Source of the DNA: Blasia pusilla
Taxonomy: Eukaryota
Length of the DNA: 64,000 bases
NCBI GenBank assembly: GCA_050084515.1
Contig: CM114271.1
Span: 31,372,001-31,436,000 of the forward strand
Direction of reading: 5' to 3'
The notes under the pieces were generated by a model. It had not been told where the DNA came from and searched no databases. It was given only the letters and a program-made list of their open reading frames with translations. This document shows, one piece after another, positions 13,761 to 27,600 of the stretch. Made by a program: the position numbers and the translations under genes. How positions within the stretch are numbered: the stretch's first letter is position 1; each line of letters starts with the position of its first letter.

Positions 13761-14649
13761 TCATAGCTACGTGGTAGGAAAGTCAAACATGGTGTCATCA
13801 CTACATAGTTGATTGGGCGTGTGTTGGAGTTTTTGGAGTTGCGAGTGGGAGGTGTTCCACAACTCATGATATAGGGACGTGATGCTTGTAGCCTTGATTG
13901 GTGGTGAGATTGTAATCCGTGCTGACATTTGGTGATGGAGTGTTGGTAGTGGAGACATTGGTGTTGATGCCTACGGGTAGTCCGCATATGCTGACTGGAG
14001 GTTTGACGTGTTGTTCAAGGAGGGTGTTGTGTAGCGGAGGTTGCCGCACCACATGGAGGAGTCAGTGTTGATGGTGGAGTAGATTGAGGGCCGGCGTGAT
14101 CAGGTTACCCATAAGGTTTGAGTCCCTTTTCCCACACTTATCTTATGTGATTGAGAGTGTTGAGTATCGAGTAGTTGCTGGTGCTAGAGGGGTTTAGCGA
14201 TGGTGACGAGTTTAGACTCCTTTCATGTGTAGCATGCTCGTGGATATATGATGGTTGTCGAGTAGGGGTTGCGTGTATGACCCGAGAGTGTTAGTAGTTT
14301 AGGTGAGTTAGTTTGGGAGGCTCATGGTGAGCCCCAATGTTGAGTGTGGGTGAGGCCGCGCGTGTCCATACGGGGTTACTATAGCATAAGTGAGCTAGTG
14401 AGGAGTGTGGGAAACTTTTGGTGAGTCTGAGTGTTTGAGCGGGTGAGATTGGGTTATCACAACGGCGTTCTTCCAAGGTTTGGAAGAACGGGGTAGTGCG
14501 AGTAGTGGTGGTGTGACACGGAGTGGAGTGAAATACTGAGGGGTTTCGAGTGAGGAGCCATCTGGACTTCCATCTGTGGCTGGATTGTTATCTCTAGAGA
14601 GCGGGTCTGGTGATGAGATTGCAGACAAAGGCGGTGTGACTTGGCAAGA

Positions 14650-16094
14650 GATGGACAACATGGGCCATCAAGGCAAACGTCATTTCTCGGATGCGATGGG
14701 CATCATCAACTTAGATGACTTCATCATGGAGTTCAACACGTGGTGCGACTTCCAAGAGATACGCACCCCTGTGCGGTTCAACCCTTTTATGGCATGGAAG
14801 GGTTTGTTCCAACACTTGGAGGGTCCTCCAATTTATAATAACATGGAGTTCCGATTGTTATATTTACTAGAGATCAATGCATGGAGGATGTTTTGGGCTT
14901 GAAGGTATGTATCCACTAGTGGTCGCGAAGTGTATGATGGAATAGTGAGGGCGAAGAGGCCTATACCATCAACTCGGGGACTAGATGGAGAGGAAGACAG
15001 TAAGATGGGTGAGATGGGAGAGACCTCTCGTAGTAGAGGGCCATCTAGTTTCAGTCTTACGATGGAGTTCTTCTGACAGTTGGGGAGGAGCTACCAAGGC
15101 ATGTGGACCAACAAGCTAAAGAGTCTACAGGATTTTTTATGACGATCAGGTGAGAGTCTGAGAGAGGCGTTCATGCGCATGCAACAGTTGATCGTTTCCT
15201 GATATGGGGTGATTGAGGCGTAGTCTGTGCAGTATTGGTACAGGGTGTTGGACGAGGAGCTACGGAGGAGAGTTTGGGATGCGATGTTGCTTCACACGGC
15301 ATAGCCCACATTTAAGGTGGTCTTCGAGTTGTTTGAGCGGGTAGAGCTCAACATGAGCGAGGATCAGGTGGTGACCACGGGGTTTTTTCTGGATTCAAAA
15401 ACTAGGAGTAGACCCAAAAGTGCCTTAGCATGCACTAGTACCACGAGAGCGGGCTAGTGGGCCTAGAGAGCAGGACGGTTATCGTGAGCTGATGAGGCAA
15501 CATCCCGTACTAACATATGTTTCCCAGTAGGGACCAGGGTTGGCTTGTTGGACGTGTGGTGGGCCACATAGGGAGAGGGATTGCCCACAGCATGGGCAAG
15601 GGGCACGGGTGCCTCCGATTGCTTAGGAGCCACAGAGGATAGCCCCACCACACTTGTAGTGTGATCATTGTCACCGATATGGTCACACTAGGGATAGGTG
15701 TTATGATCTTTGCCAAGACGTACGTCCAGAGGTAGGCAGAGGACTTGGGGGTGAGAGAATTGGTGGAGATTGAGTAGTGGATGATCGTGGTGGTAGAGTG
15801 CCATCACCGGTCATAGGAGATGGAGGACATGCACCTAATGCAACTCTCCTTACGCGCATCGATCAGTTGGAGCATAGGATTGCTACCATGACGATGATGC
15901 AACTACATGCATGCCCAGAGCTGAGAGTAGCTAGTGTGGCGCCAACCACCATATCTTACCACAATGCTGGTGAAGATTCTACGGGGATGGGATTTATGTG
16001 TAGTGCGGCTCAGGTTGAGGCTTTTGCGGTGGTGACTTGGGGTGGTACCAGAGGTACCAAGCCATTGCGAGGTGTGATTGAGATTGACCCATAA
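14650..16094 (+). pseudogene. Gypsy gag remnant with a CCHC zinc knuckle
   Basis: LDDFIMEFNTWCD...AWKGLFQHLEG capsid-like region; CDHCHRYGHTRDRC encoded at 15660-15701. Confidence 0.75.
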
Positions 16095-16559
16095 GAGGGG
16101 ACCGATGGGCGTCAGACCAGGGTTCCCCAATCGTTCACATTATCGGAAGCACTATATACACCGACGATGGTGCCTCGACAACCGTTAGTACCCACGGGTG
16201 TGGCAGGTGCGTCGACGTCATGAGGAGTTAGAGAGACGACCCCTATGCGGCTTGAGAGGAGCCAGTGTCGACCACGTTGTTGGAGGTGGCCACTAGGGTG
16301 AGCTAGACTCTGTTGTTTTCTGCCATGGAGTTGGCGACATTGGGAGTTGGACCAACGGAGGTGTTCTGGTTGGCTGCCACGTTGTGTAAGCGTAGAGAGG
16401 TAAGTACCTCTCATTCAGAGGTAGTTGATGAGGTGGTGGACCCGTCCTCAAAGCAGATGCTTGGGATGTCCCCCACTAAGTCATGGCATGCGGTGGCGGC
16501 AAAGTTGGTAGATATGCCACCTCGACCGGCCATAGAGCGAGCCATGATCACATCAGGTA

Positions 16560-16963
16560 TGGTGTTTTTGGATAACCGAGCAAGATTTTTTCACTTGGTT
16601 AGTCCCTCATGTATAGTCTACCACCCGGAGCGCATTCTACTTGATTCGAGAGCGTAGCCCTTGATGTTAGGGAGGGCGGCGTGTTTGGAATTGGGATTAC
16701 AGAAAGACGACATCAAGCATTGTCCCTTTCAAATACACACCTCTGTGGGGGGATTATTACCCATGCATTACCTGACTCGACATGAGTTGGTGGTTAGACT
16801 CCAGACAGAGCATGAGTCAAATAGTGCGATGGTGCGTACATGGGGGATTACGACACCGGCAGTGTCGTATGATATGTTGGTAGGGAGTATAGTGTTGTAT
16901 CCCCTTGGGTTCATTCTGGATTTTTGGGAGGAGACGGTTTCTTATCGGCCAGGGTGGCAATGA
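16560..16963 (+). pseudogene. Gypsy aspartic protease remnant
   Basis: ILLDSRA*PLMLG (degenerate D-S-G) followed by SYDMLVGSIVLYPLGFILDF. Confidence 0.75.
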
Positions 16964-17271
16964 GACGATGGACGGGTAATCCATCTACGGGTATTGTTTG
17001 GAGGGAGTAGTGGTGGTCGACCACGTGAGGATATAGTGACCATCTTGGCAGCATTCACAGGTGGTGTTAGCTGATTAGGAGGGTTTGGGGAGAGGAGCAC
17101 ACATGCGGAGGACATTCCCATAGCGGATAGTCTCACGGAGAGACATGTCAGGATGGATGTCTCTTCCCATGGTGCAGAGCTTCGTTATTATTGTTGGGGA
17201 TAAGCGTTGAGATGCGTAGAGTGCAAACAAGCTCGTGAGACAGGCATAGAGCCGTGCCTATGTTTGGAGTA

Positions 17272-17325
17272 GGGTACGAGAGTGTTAGATCTCTTTGGAG
17301 GGATCAACACGACAGGTTGCTGCAT
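17272..17325 (+). pseudogene. C5 cytosine methyltransferase motif I remnant, truncated by the LTR
   Basis: ggt acg aga gtg tta gat ctc ttt gga ggg atc translates to GTRVLDLFGGI, the SAM-binding motif I. It lies ~310 bp downstream of the protease on the same strand. Confidence 0.65.
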
Positions 17326-17333
17326 TGTGGCAA

Positions 17334-17815
17334 TGTTACTTCGTCCCAAGGTGTCGGATGAGGTTGAGGATAGGTCCGTTGTGTCAGCAACGTCATTTTT
17401 TACGACTTTCTTGTTAGGTTCTTTCACAACCGAGTGACTTATTTAGCAAGTCACCCGCCCTTGGTAACATGTGCGCGTAGGTTACTGAGGGGTTGCTATT
17501 TTTAGGGGAAGTGCCTTTTGACTCTTTGTTGGGCAGTTAGAGCACCATTCTTGCTCATGTGTATGAATTAGGACCAGGGTGTTAGCGTCCGGATTCCCTG
17601 ACAACACAGGGTGGAGAAGGCTCGATATGCCGATGTAGATTGAGGAGTGGATTTTAAGGCCGGGCGTGCCATTTTTACTCTTATTTTGTTGTATGTCTCG
17701 ATGTATATGTGTGAGTTGTTTGGTTTATGGATGGATGGACTCGTGTGTTGGAAAGATCGGTGATGTGTGGTGTGTAGATGTGACCAGCAATGTGGGTCTT
17801 GTAGCGATGCGTATG
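17334..17815 (+). repeat. LTR copy 2 (3' LTR)
   Basis: Begins TGTTACTTCGTCC, is homologous to 6347-6727, and has a GT-rich tail up to the LINE junction. Confidence 0.75.
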
Positions 17816-19200
17816 CACAAAGCTTTGTTTTGTGGTTTCATCGATTTCAAGAAAGCTTTTGATATAGTCCCTTGTAAGCTCTTATGGGATAGGTTGCAAA
17901 CCATTAGAGTTCCACAAAATCTCCTAGTTGCCATGGCCACATTACACCAATTTGTTTGGGCCAAAATCAAAGATTTACAAACTTAAGAGATCTTGAGTAC
18001 TATTGGAATCATTTAAGGTTGCCCTCTCTCCCCTACTCTATTTGGAGGTTTCATAGATGACATTGAAAAGTGGTTGGAGGAATGTGAAAGTGAAGGTATG
18101 AAGCTTGAAGACTTTATTATCAAAGCTTTATTATATGCAAATTATATCATATTACTAGCACGGGATACCATTAATTTACAAAAATACCTTGATACTTTGG
18201 AAAAATATTTCATGAAGAATCAGATGGAGATTAACATAGAGAAGTCTAAAGTGATTATAATGGATACTAGATCCAAGTTCTCGTTCTTTTACAAAGGTCT
18301 ACAATTAGAACAAGTGACGAGTTATAAGTATTTAGGCATTAATTTCTCTCATAACTATAGAAGCATAGTTGGGCACTTTGCCTTCAAACGAGAGAAGAAG
18401 CACGTTACAAAGCTCTATATTCACTTTTAAATTGGTGTTGAAAAGCTAATCTTGTATCTTGGAGTCTTATGAAGTTCTTATTTAGAAGCTTAGTTTTCCT
18501 TATGGTCTTGTATGGGACCCAAGTTTCGGGCCCGACTTGCAAGAAGATAGGTTAAGAGCACGTGGAGAAGGTGGAATAGATCTTTCTACAAGAAGAATTG
18601 GGCGTGAGAAACCAAACTCCTTATGCTATTTTTCTTGCGGAAACAGGTTGTTTTCCTCTTGAGGCGAAAGCTCTCTACTTGACCATCACTTATATTGCAA
18701 GGGTGAGATCTCTTGATATTTCTCGCTTGCCTCATCACGCTTTACAAACCACACGCTCCATAGGATGGATTACTTATGTGGTGAATTGGTCTACAAAATG
18801 GAATGTGGCTGAACGGGATTGGGACTTGAAACCGGTATCACTCCATGAACATTTACACAAGAAATTTCTCAACAGTCTTTGGAGCATCCCACACACAAAA
18901 CTGGAGTATTATCAACTTCATGTTAATCCTATGCTTGTATATTATGAACAAGGGTACCTACTTGCCGGGATCTCCACTTTCTTACGTCATATTATCACAC
19001 GGTATCAAACAGCTATGATCTCATAGACTAGGAATTGAGGAAGGATGATGGCTCAACATTCATAGAAGCAAACAAATATGTAGATTATCTGATGTATGAA
19101 GTATTTAGGATGAAGAGCATGTGTTTGTTATGTTTCTTAGGTATAAAGAGAGTAGACTAGCTCATAAAATAGATGTGGAGAATTTTTATTCTTTACTACA
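17816..19200 (+). pseudogene. LINE ORF2, 3' half: RT domains 3-7 and C-terminal region
   Basis: LFCGFIDFKKAFD; GCPLSPTLF; LLYANY (decayed YADD); INIEKSK; YKYLGI; degenerate DEEHV zinc-knuckle region near 19110. Confidence 0.9.
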
Positions 19201-19749
19201 TCTAGTGCCTTAAGATTTAGGTTGTTATATTAGGGATATCATTATTCATCCCTCAAGTGCTCTAGGCTTTGGTTAGGACAAGGCTTTTAGGATCTTTTCC
19301 TGATTCGATATATTATTTCTAATGTGCTTTTTAGCCTTTTGACCCTTTGGGTCTCACATGCTTGATTTAGTTACCATTTACCATTACAACGATGAAGATA
19401 TTGGTAGTTCCATATGGACTTATGTGGATATAGTTGTAGCACATGATCAATTGGACATTTTGAGGTTGGGTTACATGGTATTTTGTAACATTGTAAAATC
19501 AATCTGATCCATAGATTTAGTGAAGAAATTTACTCTCGCATGAAGATGTTCAAGAGAGAATCTAAATAAAATAATCGGCAATCGATAATGTCAAAAGAGA
19601 TGTCTTTTGTTTAGTTACATTGCAAGATTTTTCCAATTGTAGGAAGGTTGGTGGAAAATCCTCCATGTGTAATCTATCCATATCGGAATGGTGGTTTTTC
19701 TTAGTATTATTCCATATGTTATGTATTCTATATATCATGGAACAAAGAT

Positions 19750-20152
19750 GTGTAGTCATGGGCAAAGCCCGTCTTCTCACTACCCCAATGAGGGGTCCAA
19801 AGGTGGTGAAGACACCTTGCTAGCCACCCTTTACGCGTGGATGTCAGGGCAATTTTCTCACAACTAAATGTTGTTTCATTTTAGGGTTTATTAGTGCTCT
19901 CTTTGAGTAGTTTTATGTGCAACTTTTAGAAGACAATGTTTACGATATATTTATTTCCATGCAAGATATCAATAGAGAAAACTAACTAGAAGTTCTCCTA
20001 TAGACGTGGACGTAGCTTCCATATTGGAAGTGAATCACATACATTTATTTAGAATGTATAAATTTTCTATTGTAGTATAGATTTTGTACATATCAAAACC
20101 TTCGTTATTTCTTTATTTCTTTGTTTTTTCTTCCTCAAGGAAATCATTTACA
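19750..20152 (+). mobile_element. Possible Copia-type solo LTR fragment
   Basis: A gtggacgtagc...gaatcac motif, and a T-rich end finishing ...ttaCA followed by agtg, as in plant Copia LTR/PBS junctions. Confidence 0.35.
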
Positions 20153-22539
20153 AGTGAGAACTATAAGAATATTTCAATTCATTTTGGACTTTAATTATTA
20201 AAAAAAAACCTACCATGGAGTTGGAGATGAGGGAAAAGCCTAGGAGTGACTAGCGTTCAAAGAGGCTTCCTAAGTGGTGGCCCCATCAAGACGGAATCTC
20301 ACGAAGACATGAGTCCTCGTGATGATAGGTGATGAAAAACAGGAAGAGGTACCTTGATTGTGCAAACATCTTCCATAGACCAGAAATAGGTGATTCTAAC
20401 AAAACCACCAACCAAAGATTGAACATTGAGCAAGGATGTTCTTCTTGAGGCTCATAATATGAAATCGATGCCACCGATGCACGGGATTATAAGTGATTGG
20501 GAAATGTGAAGTACTCATCATTATTGTATGATTAAATTATTTAATCCTGTAAATCAATTTCGAACGACTTACTCGTCTTACTGTTTGAAAAAATCAACAA
20601 TTCTATTGACCTAGAAGTAAAGCGTCCAAAGGAGAAGTTAAAATGAGCACCACCCCATAGACATGATAATTATCTGCAACCCGGCACCATGATACCGAAA
20701 TGAAAACCTCGTTCTTACCCTGTCTACCAAGAGGACAAATCTCTAAGTTCGCGTATCTTTGATCGCACGCATCAACTTGACTAAGTCTCATGTACTGTGG
20801 GTGTGATTCAGAGTCACCCGCTTCGAGTTCGGTAGCTCCTCGGATCGAGCGCGACAGGCGACGGATTGGCATCGGTGGATGCTGAGCACTGGGATAATCG
20901 GTAGATTTCCAAAGCACTTGCACCTTGAATAATTCAAAAAAGATCGATTTTAGGTGTAGCTGTGGAATCATACACAGTGCCTCGCGCACGTGCCTGAAAA
21001 CCCGTAAATTTTCGGGCTTGAACAGTTGATGAAAACAGGAGTGTTTTCGAACTGGAATGGCGTGTTTCTTCTTTGGAGAATGTATGGGAGCTGGGGAGGT
21101 CCCATTTCTGGACCATAAATATGTTTCAAGATTTGGTCCTGATGTTTTAAATATGAAGATTCCTTTCGTGATGCGAGCACGAGGCAATGGTGACTTCAGG
21201 TCACGCATGCCGTTCTTTTTGTTCTTCTTATATTGTAATCAACATTGCGTCACTCCATCCGCATCCGAGACTGATTCGATCCGTTACCACTCTTTTAAGT
21301 TTTCCACCAGACTATATAAAACTAAAGAAACAAACGGTGAGGAGATGCCCGATGTACATGAGATCTCATCGGCTAAGGCCGAGGAGCACTTCAAGCCTTC
21401 AAGGGTTCTAGTAATCAAGGTCGCATGCAGCATCGATCGGCTCACCATGCGACCACAGATCTCATGTTAAATTCTAGAAGAAATCTCGTCGCTGTTCCGT
21501 AGGTTATTGAGATTTTCCAGTATTTTATTCCGTATTTCTCCCTCTAGATTGGCACAGATGGAACATTATTCTTGTATTTCGGAGCTCCCCCAGCGACTGA
21601 ACCTTACAGAAGAGCGTGAAGCACATTACCATGTGCTTACAGGCCCGTCTAGGAAAATCGTCTTCAATCGTATCTTCTGATGAAGAAGTCACCCTCTATC
21701 CGCCTTGATTATAGACAGAAAGAGAAACTACGAAGGATCTCGACGCAACGCTTCTTGCGCATGACCAAAGTACTCCATCAAACGGGACTTTCTGCTTTTA
21801 GAGATATAAACAATGCCCTTCCTGACGCGAACCAGATATGTGGCTCTCGAATCACAGGTGCCTAGGCCAGACGATGTGAGAGATGTAAGGGATACCAGAA
21901 GATTGGAGTACTCGGTGGGTGTCGTAGAGATCGAAACCAAAGCCTATCTAATCGGAGTGATCACGAGAATTTTCGGTAGACTTGTGTTTGTGGAGTCCTG
22001 TTCAAGCGTACATCAAGTGTCTCCTGGCCAGAAGCTTTTAGGAAGTCAAACGAAGCCGGAGACTCGCTTCCGCGTGAGGCTGTACTCTAAAAGTTACGTA
22101 TGTACTCGTTTGCTATCAGGTTGTCTCCAAATTGCAGTGTCTGAAGTGTCAGCAATAATGTATCCTCATGAATTCTTGTTCAAAATGGGTGGATACTTCC
22201 ATTATAGGTTTTTGAAAGGCGGAAAAACGGGAAAAAAAAAAACAATGCCCAACGATAGTATGTATTAAACTTTTTTGACCCTCGCTATGCCTCGGCCCCA
22301 TAGTCTAGTGGTTACGACATTGGACTTTGAATCCAAGAAGTCCCAAGGCCACCACCACCGAATCTCGGTGGGGCCTGATTTGTTGTGGAGCGATGGCCGA
22401 ATGATTCTTTGCCGCGGATAGCAGGTAAACCTACAAGTTCCCCCCTCCAGGAAGGGCGATAGGTTATGCTTCCGTGAGGCATTTGCATGCATCACGGCAA
22501 GTTTTGAACTCCGGCTCTCTTTCATGAAAACTCATTTCC

Positions 22540-23127
22540 AAAATGGATTTAGGTCTGCTTACATTTGCTATCAAGACTCATCTCCAAAATGGATTTAGGG
22601 TACGCATACATTTGCATGGATTCATTTAACAATTATTTTTATTTTCTTTCGTAATTTTATTTTTTATATGTAATTAGTATTTGTTGAATTAAAATTATTA
22701 TAAAGTTTTTAATTGTCTATTCAAAATTTACAATTGAATTCGAATTATTTTATTGATTTAGATAATAAGAGATTCTATTTTTTTAAAAGGACATATGTTG
22801 AAAGGAGAGGTGATCTCAAAATGAACAGTCACTCTCCAATAATAATGGAGATTAGTTACCACACCAAAATTATTTCTAAAATGGATTTAGGTATGCATAC
22901 ATTTGCTCCGCATGGATTAATTTTAGAACTTTTTTTTTTCATACTTTTATTTTCTTATATCTAATCAGTATTTGTCAGATTAAAAGTATTATGTAGTTTT
23001 GAATTATCCATTCAAAATTTACAATTGAATTCGAATGACCTTATTGACTTAGACAAAAAAGCGATTCTATTTGTTAAAAAAGACATATGTTATAAGGAGA
23101 GGTGATTTTAAAATGAAGAGGCACTCT
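22540..23127 (-). repeat. Two tandem ~290-bp AT-rich units with Helitron-like 5' ends
   Basis: aaatggatttagg...ttcaaaatttacaattgaattcgaat...ggagaggtgat...cactctc occurs twice. Each unit ends in the reverse complement of the mini-Helitron 5' motif. Confidence 0.65.
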
Positions 23128-23155
23128 CAATAATAATAATAATAATAATAATAAT
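23128..23155. repeat. (AAT)n microsatellite
   Basis: About 9 AAT units. Confidence 0.95.
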
Positions 23156-23160
23156 AGAGA

Positions 23161-23384
23161 CTAGTAAGGTGCCTCTGCGATGCACGAGATTGAAAAAAGT
23201 GTTTTGAAGAGTTTTTGTTAATTTGTATAGCCCATGAAAGGAAGAGATTAATCATATCACACACAAATTCAAAAAAAAATCTTGTTGCCGGTAACATGTG
23301 AAACATTTTCTTGTTGCCTAGTTGCCACGCGTCAAACAAATAAGTGTTGCAAATCAAGAAGGCACTCTCCCATAATACTATAGA
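23161..23384 (-). mobile_element. Mini-Helitron unit (~224 bp)
   Basis: Minus strand reads A|TCTATAGTATTATGGGAGAGTGCC...CTCGTGCATCGCAGAGG (hairpin) CACCTTACTAG|T: 5' TC, 3' CTAG, AT target and no TSD. Confidence 0.85.
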
Positions 23385-23392
23385 TTTTTATT

Positions 23393-24450
23393 TCAGTCGA
23401 GTATTTCTTTATACACTACATTTCGTGTGTAGTTACCTTCCTTATTTGAATGTTCATCACTTCCAATCGTGATGTGGATGGAAGTCCTTTTCCCTACCCT
23501 AGATAATGCTACGTACAATTGACCATGAGAAAAAATGGGAGTGGGAAAATAAATTCCTACCTTTTGTAGAGTTTGACCTTGAGATTTATTAATAGTCATT
23601 GCAAAGGCTGGACGAATAGGGAATTGAAACCTACGTAGATCAAATGGCAAACCGCAATTGGATGCAATCGATGGGATAAGTGGAATAAAAACTCAATCTC
23701 CAATATTCTTCCTGGTGATGATTTCTACATCTATACAATGTTGCATAAATCCACGAATTACCAATCTTGTCCCGTTTGCTTGTCCTTGTGATCCATTCAT
23801 GTTCCGCAAGAGCATGAATGTGGAGGTAGCCCAAAAGGTAAGCACGTGTTCAAAAATTCAGTCGGATATATATGGCTTATCTCCTCATTCGCAATAGAGT
23901 TGACACTAAGGTATGTATCTTCCTGTACCAATTAGTTATAAAGAATTAGTGAGGAATAAATTTTTATTAGTATCCAAAAGTAAATAAAAAAAAAGAAAAT
24001 TCTTAAAGAAATGTGCAAAATTAGTATTACCTATCCAAAAAATCGTAACATGACATTTGTATTAATGTCATCAATATCTCTATTCCTTGGTGTCAAAATA
24101 GCCGTATCTCTCAAGAAGTTAATGTCATGGAATTGGTTGGGAGATATTCCATAGATAATATCAATAAGATCACATATATTTTTACTCTTAATAACCACTT
24201 CAGACAATAATGTTATATAGTCTTCTCCCAAATGAGGTTGCAAAGGTACACAAACAAAACCCTCTCCCACCTCTAGTAACCAATCATCAAAAGCTTGTTG
24301 TTCAACACGCAAATGACCTTCAAACCTTTGCACTCGCATGTTTGGGTGATGAAATTGACGACAATACAAAGACCATAGAGATGATCTTTTTATTGTGGCT
24401 TGAATGATTTGTGGACGATCCCCATGGCAAACAACAGACAAAACTTGGTG
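23393..24450 (-). pseudogene. Helitron PIF1-like helicase, C-terminal half
   Basis: AILTPRN; RFQFPIRPAFAMTINKSQGQTL; FSHGQLYVALSRV; TRNVVYKEIL*. Intron-like AT-rich gap at ~23860-24030. Confidence 0.92.
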
Positions 24451-24639
24451 TTTTAAAAAATGATACTTTTAAATTAAAAAAATATATATAGAAGTTTAAT
24501 TTTTTGGTAGACTTTAAAAAAATTTATTAGAGATCCTTCCTCTCTATTATCCTTCCAATTTCTAACTAACTCTATTTTTTCTTCTTAACACTTTTCTGCG
24601 TTTCCTAGTTATATTCTTTGATCTTTCTCGCCTGTTATG

Positions 24640-27600
24640 TAGATGGCGAGTGGGAGTCACATATTTGTAGAAAGATATCCGCTCGTTGTTATCACAAATA
24701 CAAGAGTTCCAATACAAAGTTCAACAAGACCAATTGGCGAATTGAAGAATACTTCTCTAATGTAAGACCAATTGATTGGTGCCATATCTTTGAATTTTGG
24801 ATTTCTTTGATGAGAATGTCATATCGACCCTCCATTATTGAGTGGGTGCATTGCATGATGATTACTATTGAATTCCTCCTTTAATATTTCATTCGCAGAC
24901 TTCCTTTGCCATCAAATCCTACGGATTTGCGTGACTTCATAAAATTGATGCACACAAAGGCTCAACAAAGAAGGCGTGCCTATTGTAAGGGTAGTTTAGA
25001 ACAACATAGAAGCGTAGGAGATGGAGTCATCACCGTAACATCTCCAAGGTAAGTCCATTCCATTCATCATAATTGAACATGTTGATCTCCACACTTCATA
25101 TTATTGTTCCCTAATTTCATTTTTATGTTTCTAAAAAAATTTTCTTCCAGACTTCTGATCCCAGGCCTTCCATTGAGGATGAAGTAATGGCCGAAGCAAA
25201 TAACATCGTTCATGATGAAGGCAGAGAAGATGAAAGGATTCAGAATGATGATACTTTTATTGGGGTACAAGTTGCCACTTATATGGAGCCAAGAATTGAG
25301 TTACCCACCAATGGAGTCCATGAAGTTATTGAGAACGCATCTACAACATGGCCAACTACTATTGTCATACCAAGAGTTGAGTTACCGATGACTTTTCCTG
25401 TCTTGAATGAGGTACTCCCATCTGTATTTGACGTCGTCAATAATTCGCCGATACATTGCAATGTTGAAGATAATGTAATGTCAAGAGTGGATTGTGTGGT
25501 ATCTACAGTTAACGAAGTTGTGTTCCAACCACAAACAACTACTGTAACAAATGCTTCTATGATTCGGCCGTCCCCTATTATTGATAGAGTTGTTAAAGTA
25601 AATACATTGCTCAATCTTGCAAGAAAGCCAAACTTCCAAGAAAGTGATATTAGGAAGCTGCGACTTCAAAGGAGTTTGAATCGTACCAGCACTCGTCATA
25701 CATTGGGTTCTATGACGAAAACATGTCCCTCATGCCGTGCTCTACGTTGGAAATGTGAAATGGTCAAAGGTGAGAAGTTTCGCGACTCACCATTTGGTAT
25801 ATGTTGTGATCATGGGAGAGTAAATTTTCCCCTCTTTAAAACTTCTCCTCCATTCTTGAAATCATTGCTATTGGGTGTGGGTCCTAGAAGTCTTCATTTT
25901 CTTACTCATGCTCGAGCTTACAACTTGGCACTTCAACTAGCATCTACTGGAGTGCATGTAAGTGAACAAGTTGGTGGCGTTGGACACTTTAGGGTCGAAG
26001 GTGGAGTCTATCATTCTATTGGATCCCTAGATCCTGCTATAGGGGCACATCTCCAATTTGCCCAACTCTATATTCATGATAATCGTGGAAGAGTTATGTC
26101 TAGATCTTCTGATCTTAATCTAGACATCTTGACAGGGCTACAAGAGATACTACACGAATGCAATCCATATGTCAAGATCTTTCGGCATCTAGCATATGAA
26201 GCAAGTGATCTTAATATGCGGATCATCCTAAAGGCAAGTAAGAGAGGTCTTGATGCCAAGCATTATAACTAACCATATGCTTCTCACATTGCTGCTATTT
26301 TACTAGGAGATGGAAGTGAGCATGTTGACCATCGTGCTATAATAGTACAACTACATGGAGGAGCAGTGAGGTGGATATCCGACCTCAATGAAGCATACAT
26401 TCAATTGCACTTTATTTTGTTATTTGTCTATGGTGAAGTACGTTGGCATCCTGGAATATCTTTCGGAAGATTCCAAGGCCATACATCACAACATCCCACA
26501 AGGGAAAATCATGGGGAGGAGGGAGATACTGAACTGATGCTCCAGATGATTGTAGGGATGAGTATAGACTTGATGGTGATATTATTGAGGAAAGGAGGAT
26601 GAAGAATGTTACTGCCTTGCAATTTGCATTTTTTTGACTTCAAACGCGAATTAGAGGCGAAGACGATAATCGATAATCAAGAATATATGGTTGACCTCTA
26701 TGCAACTGTAGAGATGCAACGATATAAAGGTGTAAAGGATGTCATGCATGGACATGATAATGATTGCTGAAGGTTCGGAGGCGTATTGTTTTTCCTTCTT
26801 CTTTTACTCGAGGTCCACGTCATATGCATCAATTATATCAAGATTCAATGGCAATTGTGAGCCATTTGGGGAAACCATATTACTTTTTGACCATGAAATG
26901 CAATCCTAAGTGGAAGGAGATTATATTTGCGTTATTACCTTGTCAATCGGCTGCAGACCGACCAGATTTGGTGGTTAGGGTTTTTGAGAAGAAAAAGAAG
27001 GAATTGTTACGACTTCTTATCAACAAGTAAATATTGCAAAATGCAATATTTACTTGTTGTAGAATGCATCCATGTGATGGAATTCCAAAAGAGGGGTCTT
27101 CCGCATGTGCATGTACTTATTGTTTTATGTCATGAGGATAAACCACGTACCACAGCAGATTACAACCGTATTATTTCAGCAGAAAACCTTGATCAGTCTA
27201 GATCAGTCTTCCCATCCAAGGCTTTATTCTAATGTGGCTAATTGCATGATTCACGGACCATGCAAACCATAAAATCCAAATGCTCCCTATATGGACAAGG
27301 AAACTAAAAAATGTACAAAGGGCTACCATAAAGCTTTTGCAGCCAACACTACAGAGACGGAAGATGGTTATCCAATCTATCAGAGGTAAGAATATTATCC
27401 TTCTTTCTTGGCAATCTTCACTTATTCCATACCATATAAAATCATGTATTCATGAATTCTTATTGTGTTTTTGGTAGATCGGAGAAAGGGGGAGCAATAA
27501 TTAAGCGAGAGCATTCATTGGATAATCGTTGGGTGGTGCCGTACAATCCTATGTTGTGCACCCTCTTCGATTGTCATATTAATATTTGGAGATCACAAGT

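Larger units (their letters stand above)
6281..17815 (+). mobile_element. Degenerate Ty3/Gypsy LTR retrotransposon inserted into the LINE RT, itself carrying nested insertions
   Basis: Direct repeats start at 6347 and 17334, with gag and protease remnants between them. The LINE reading frame resumes at 17816, and CACA is present at both junctions (6277-6280 and 17816-17819). Confidence 0.75.

Noticed and set aside
20460-22525. Gene-like composition with several 130-200 aa ORFs on both strands
   Set aside because: No recognisable domain and no consistent exon chain. It may be a pseudogene or non-coding transcript, but I cannot support a call.
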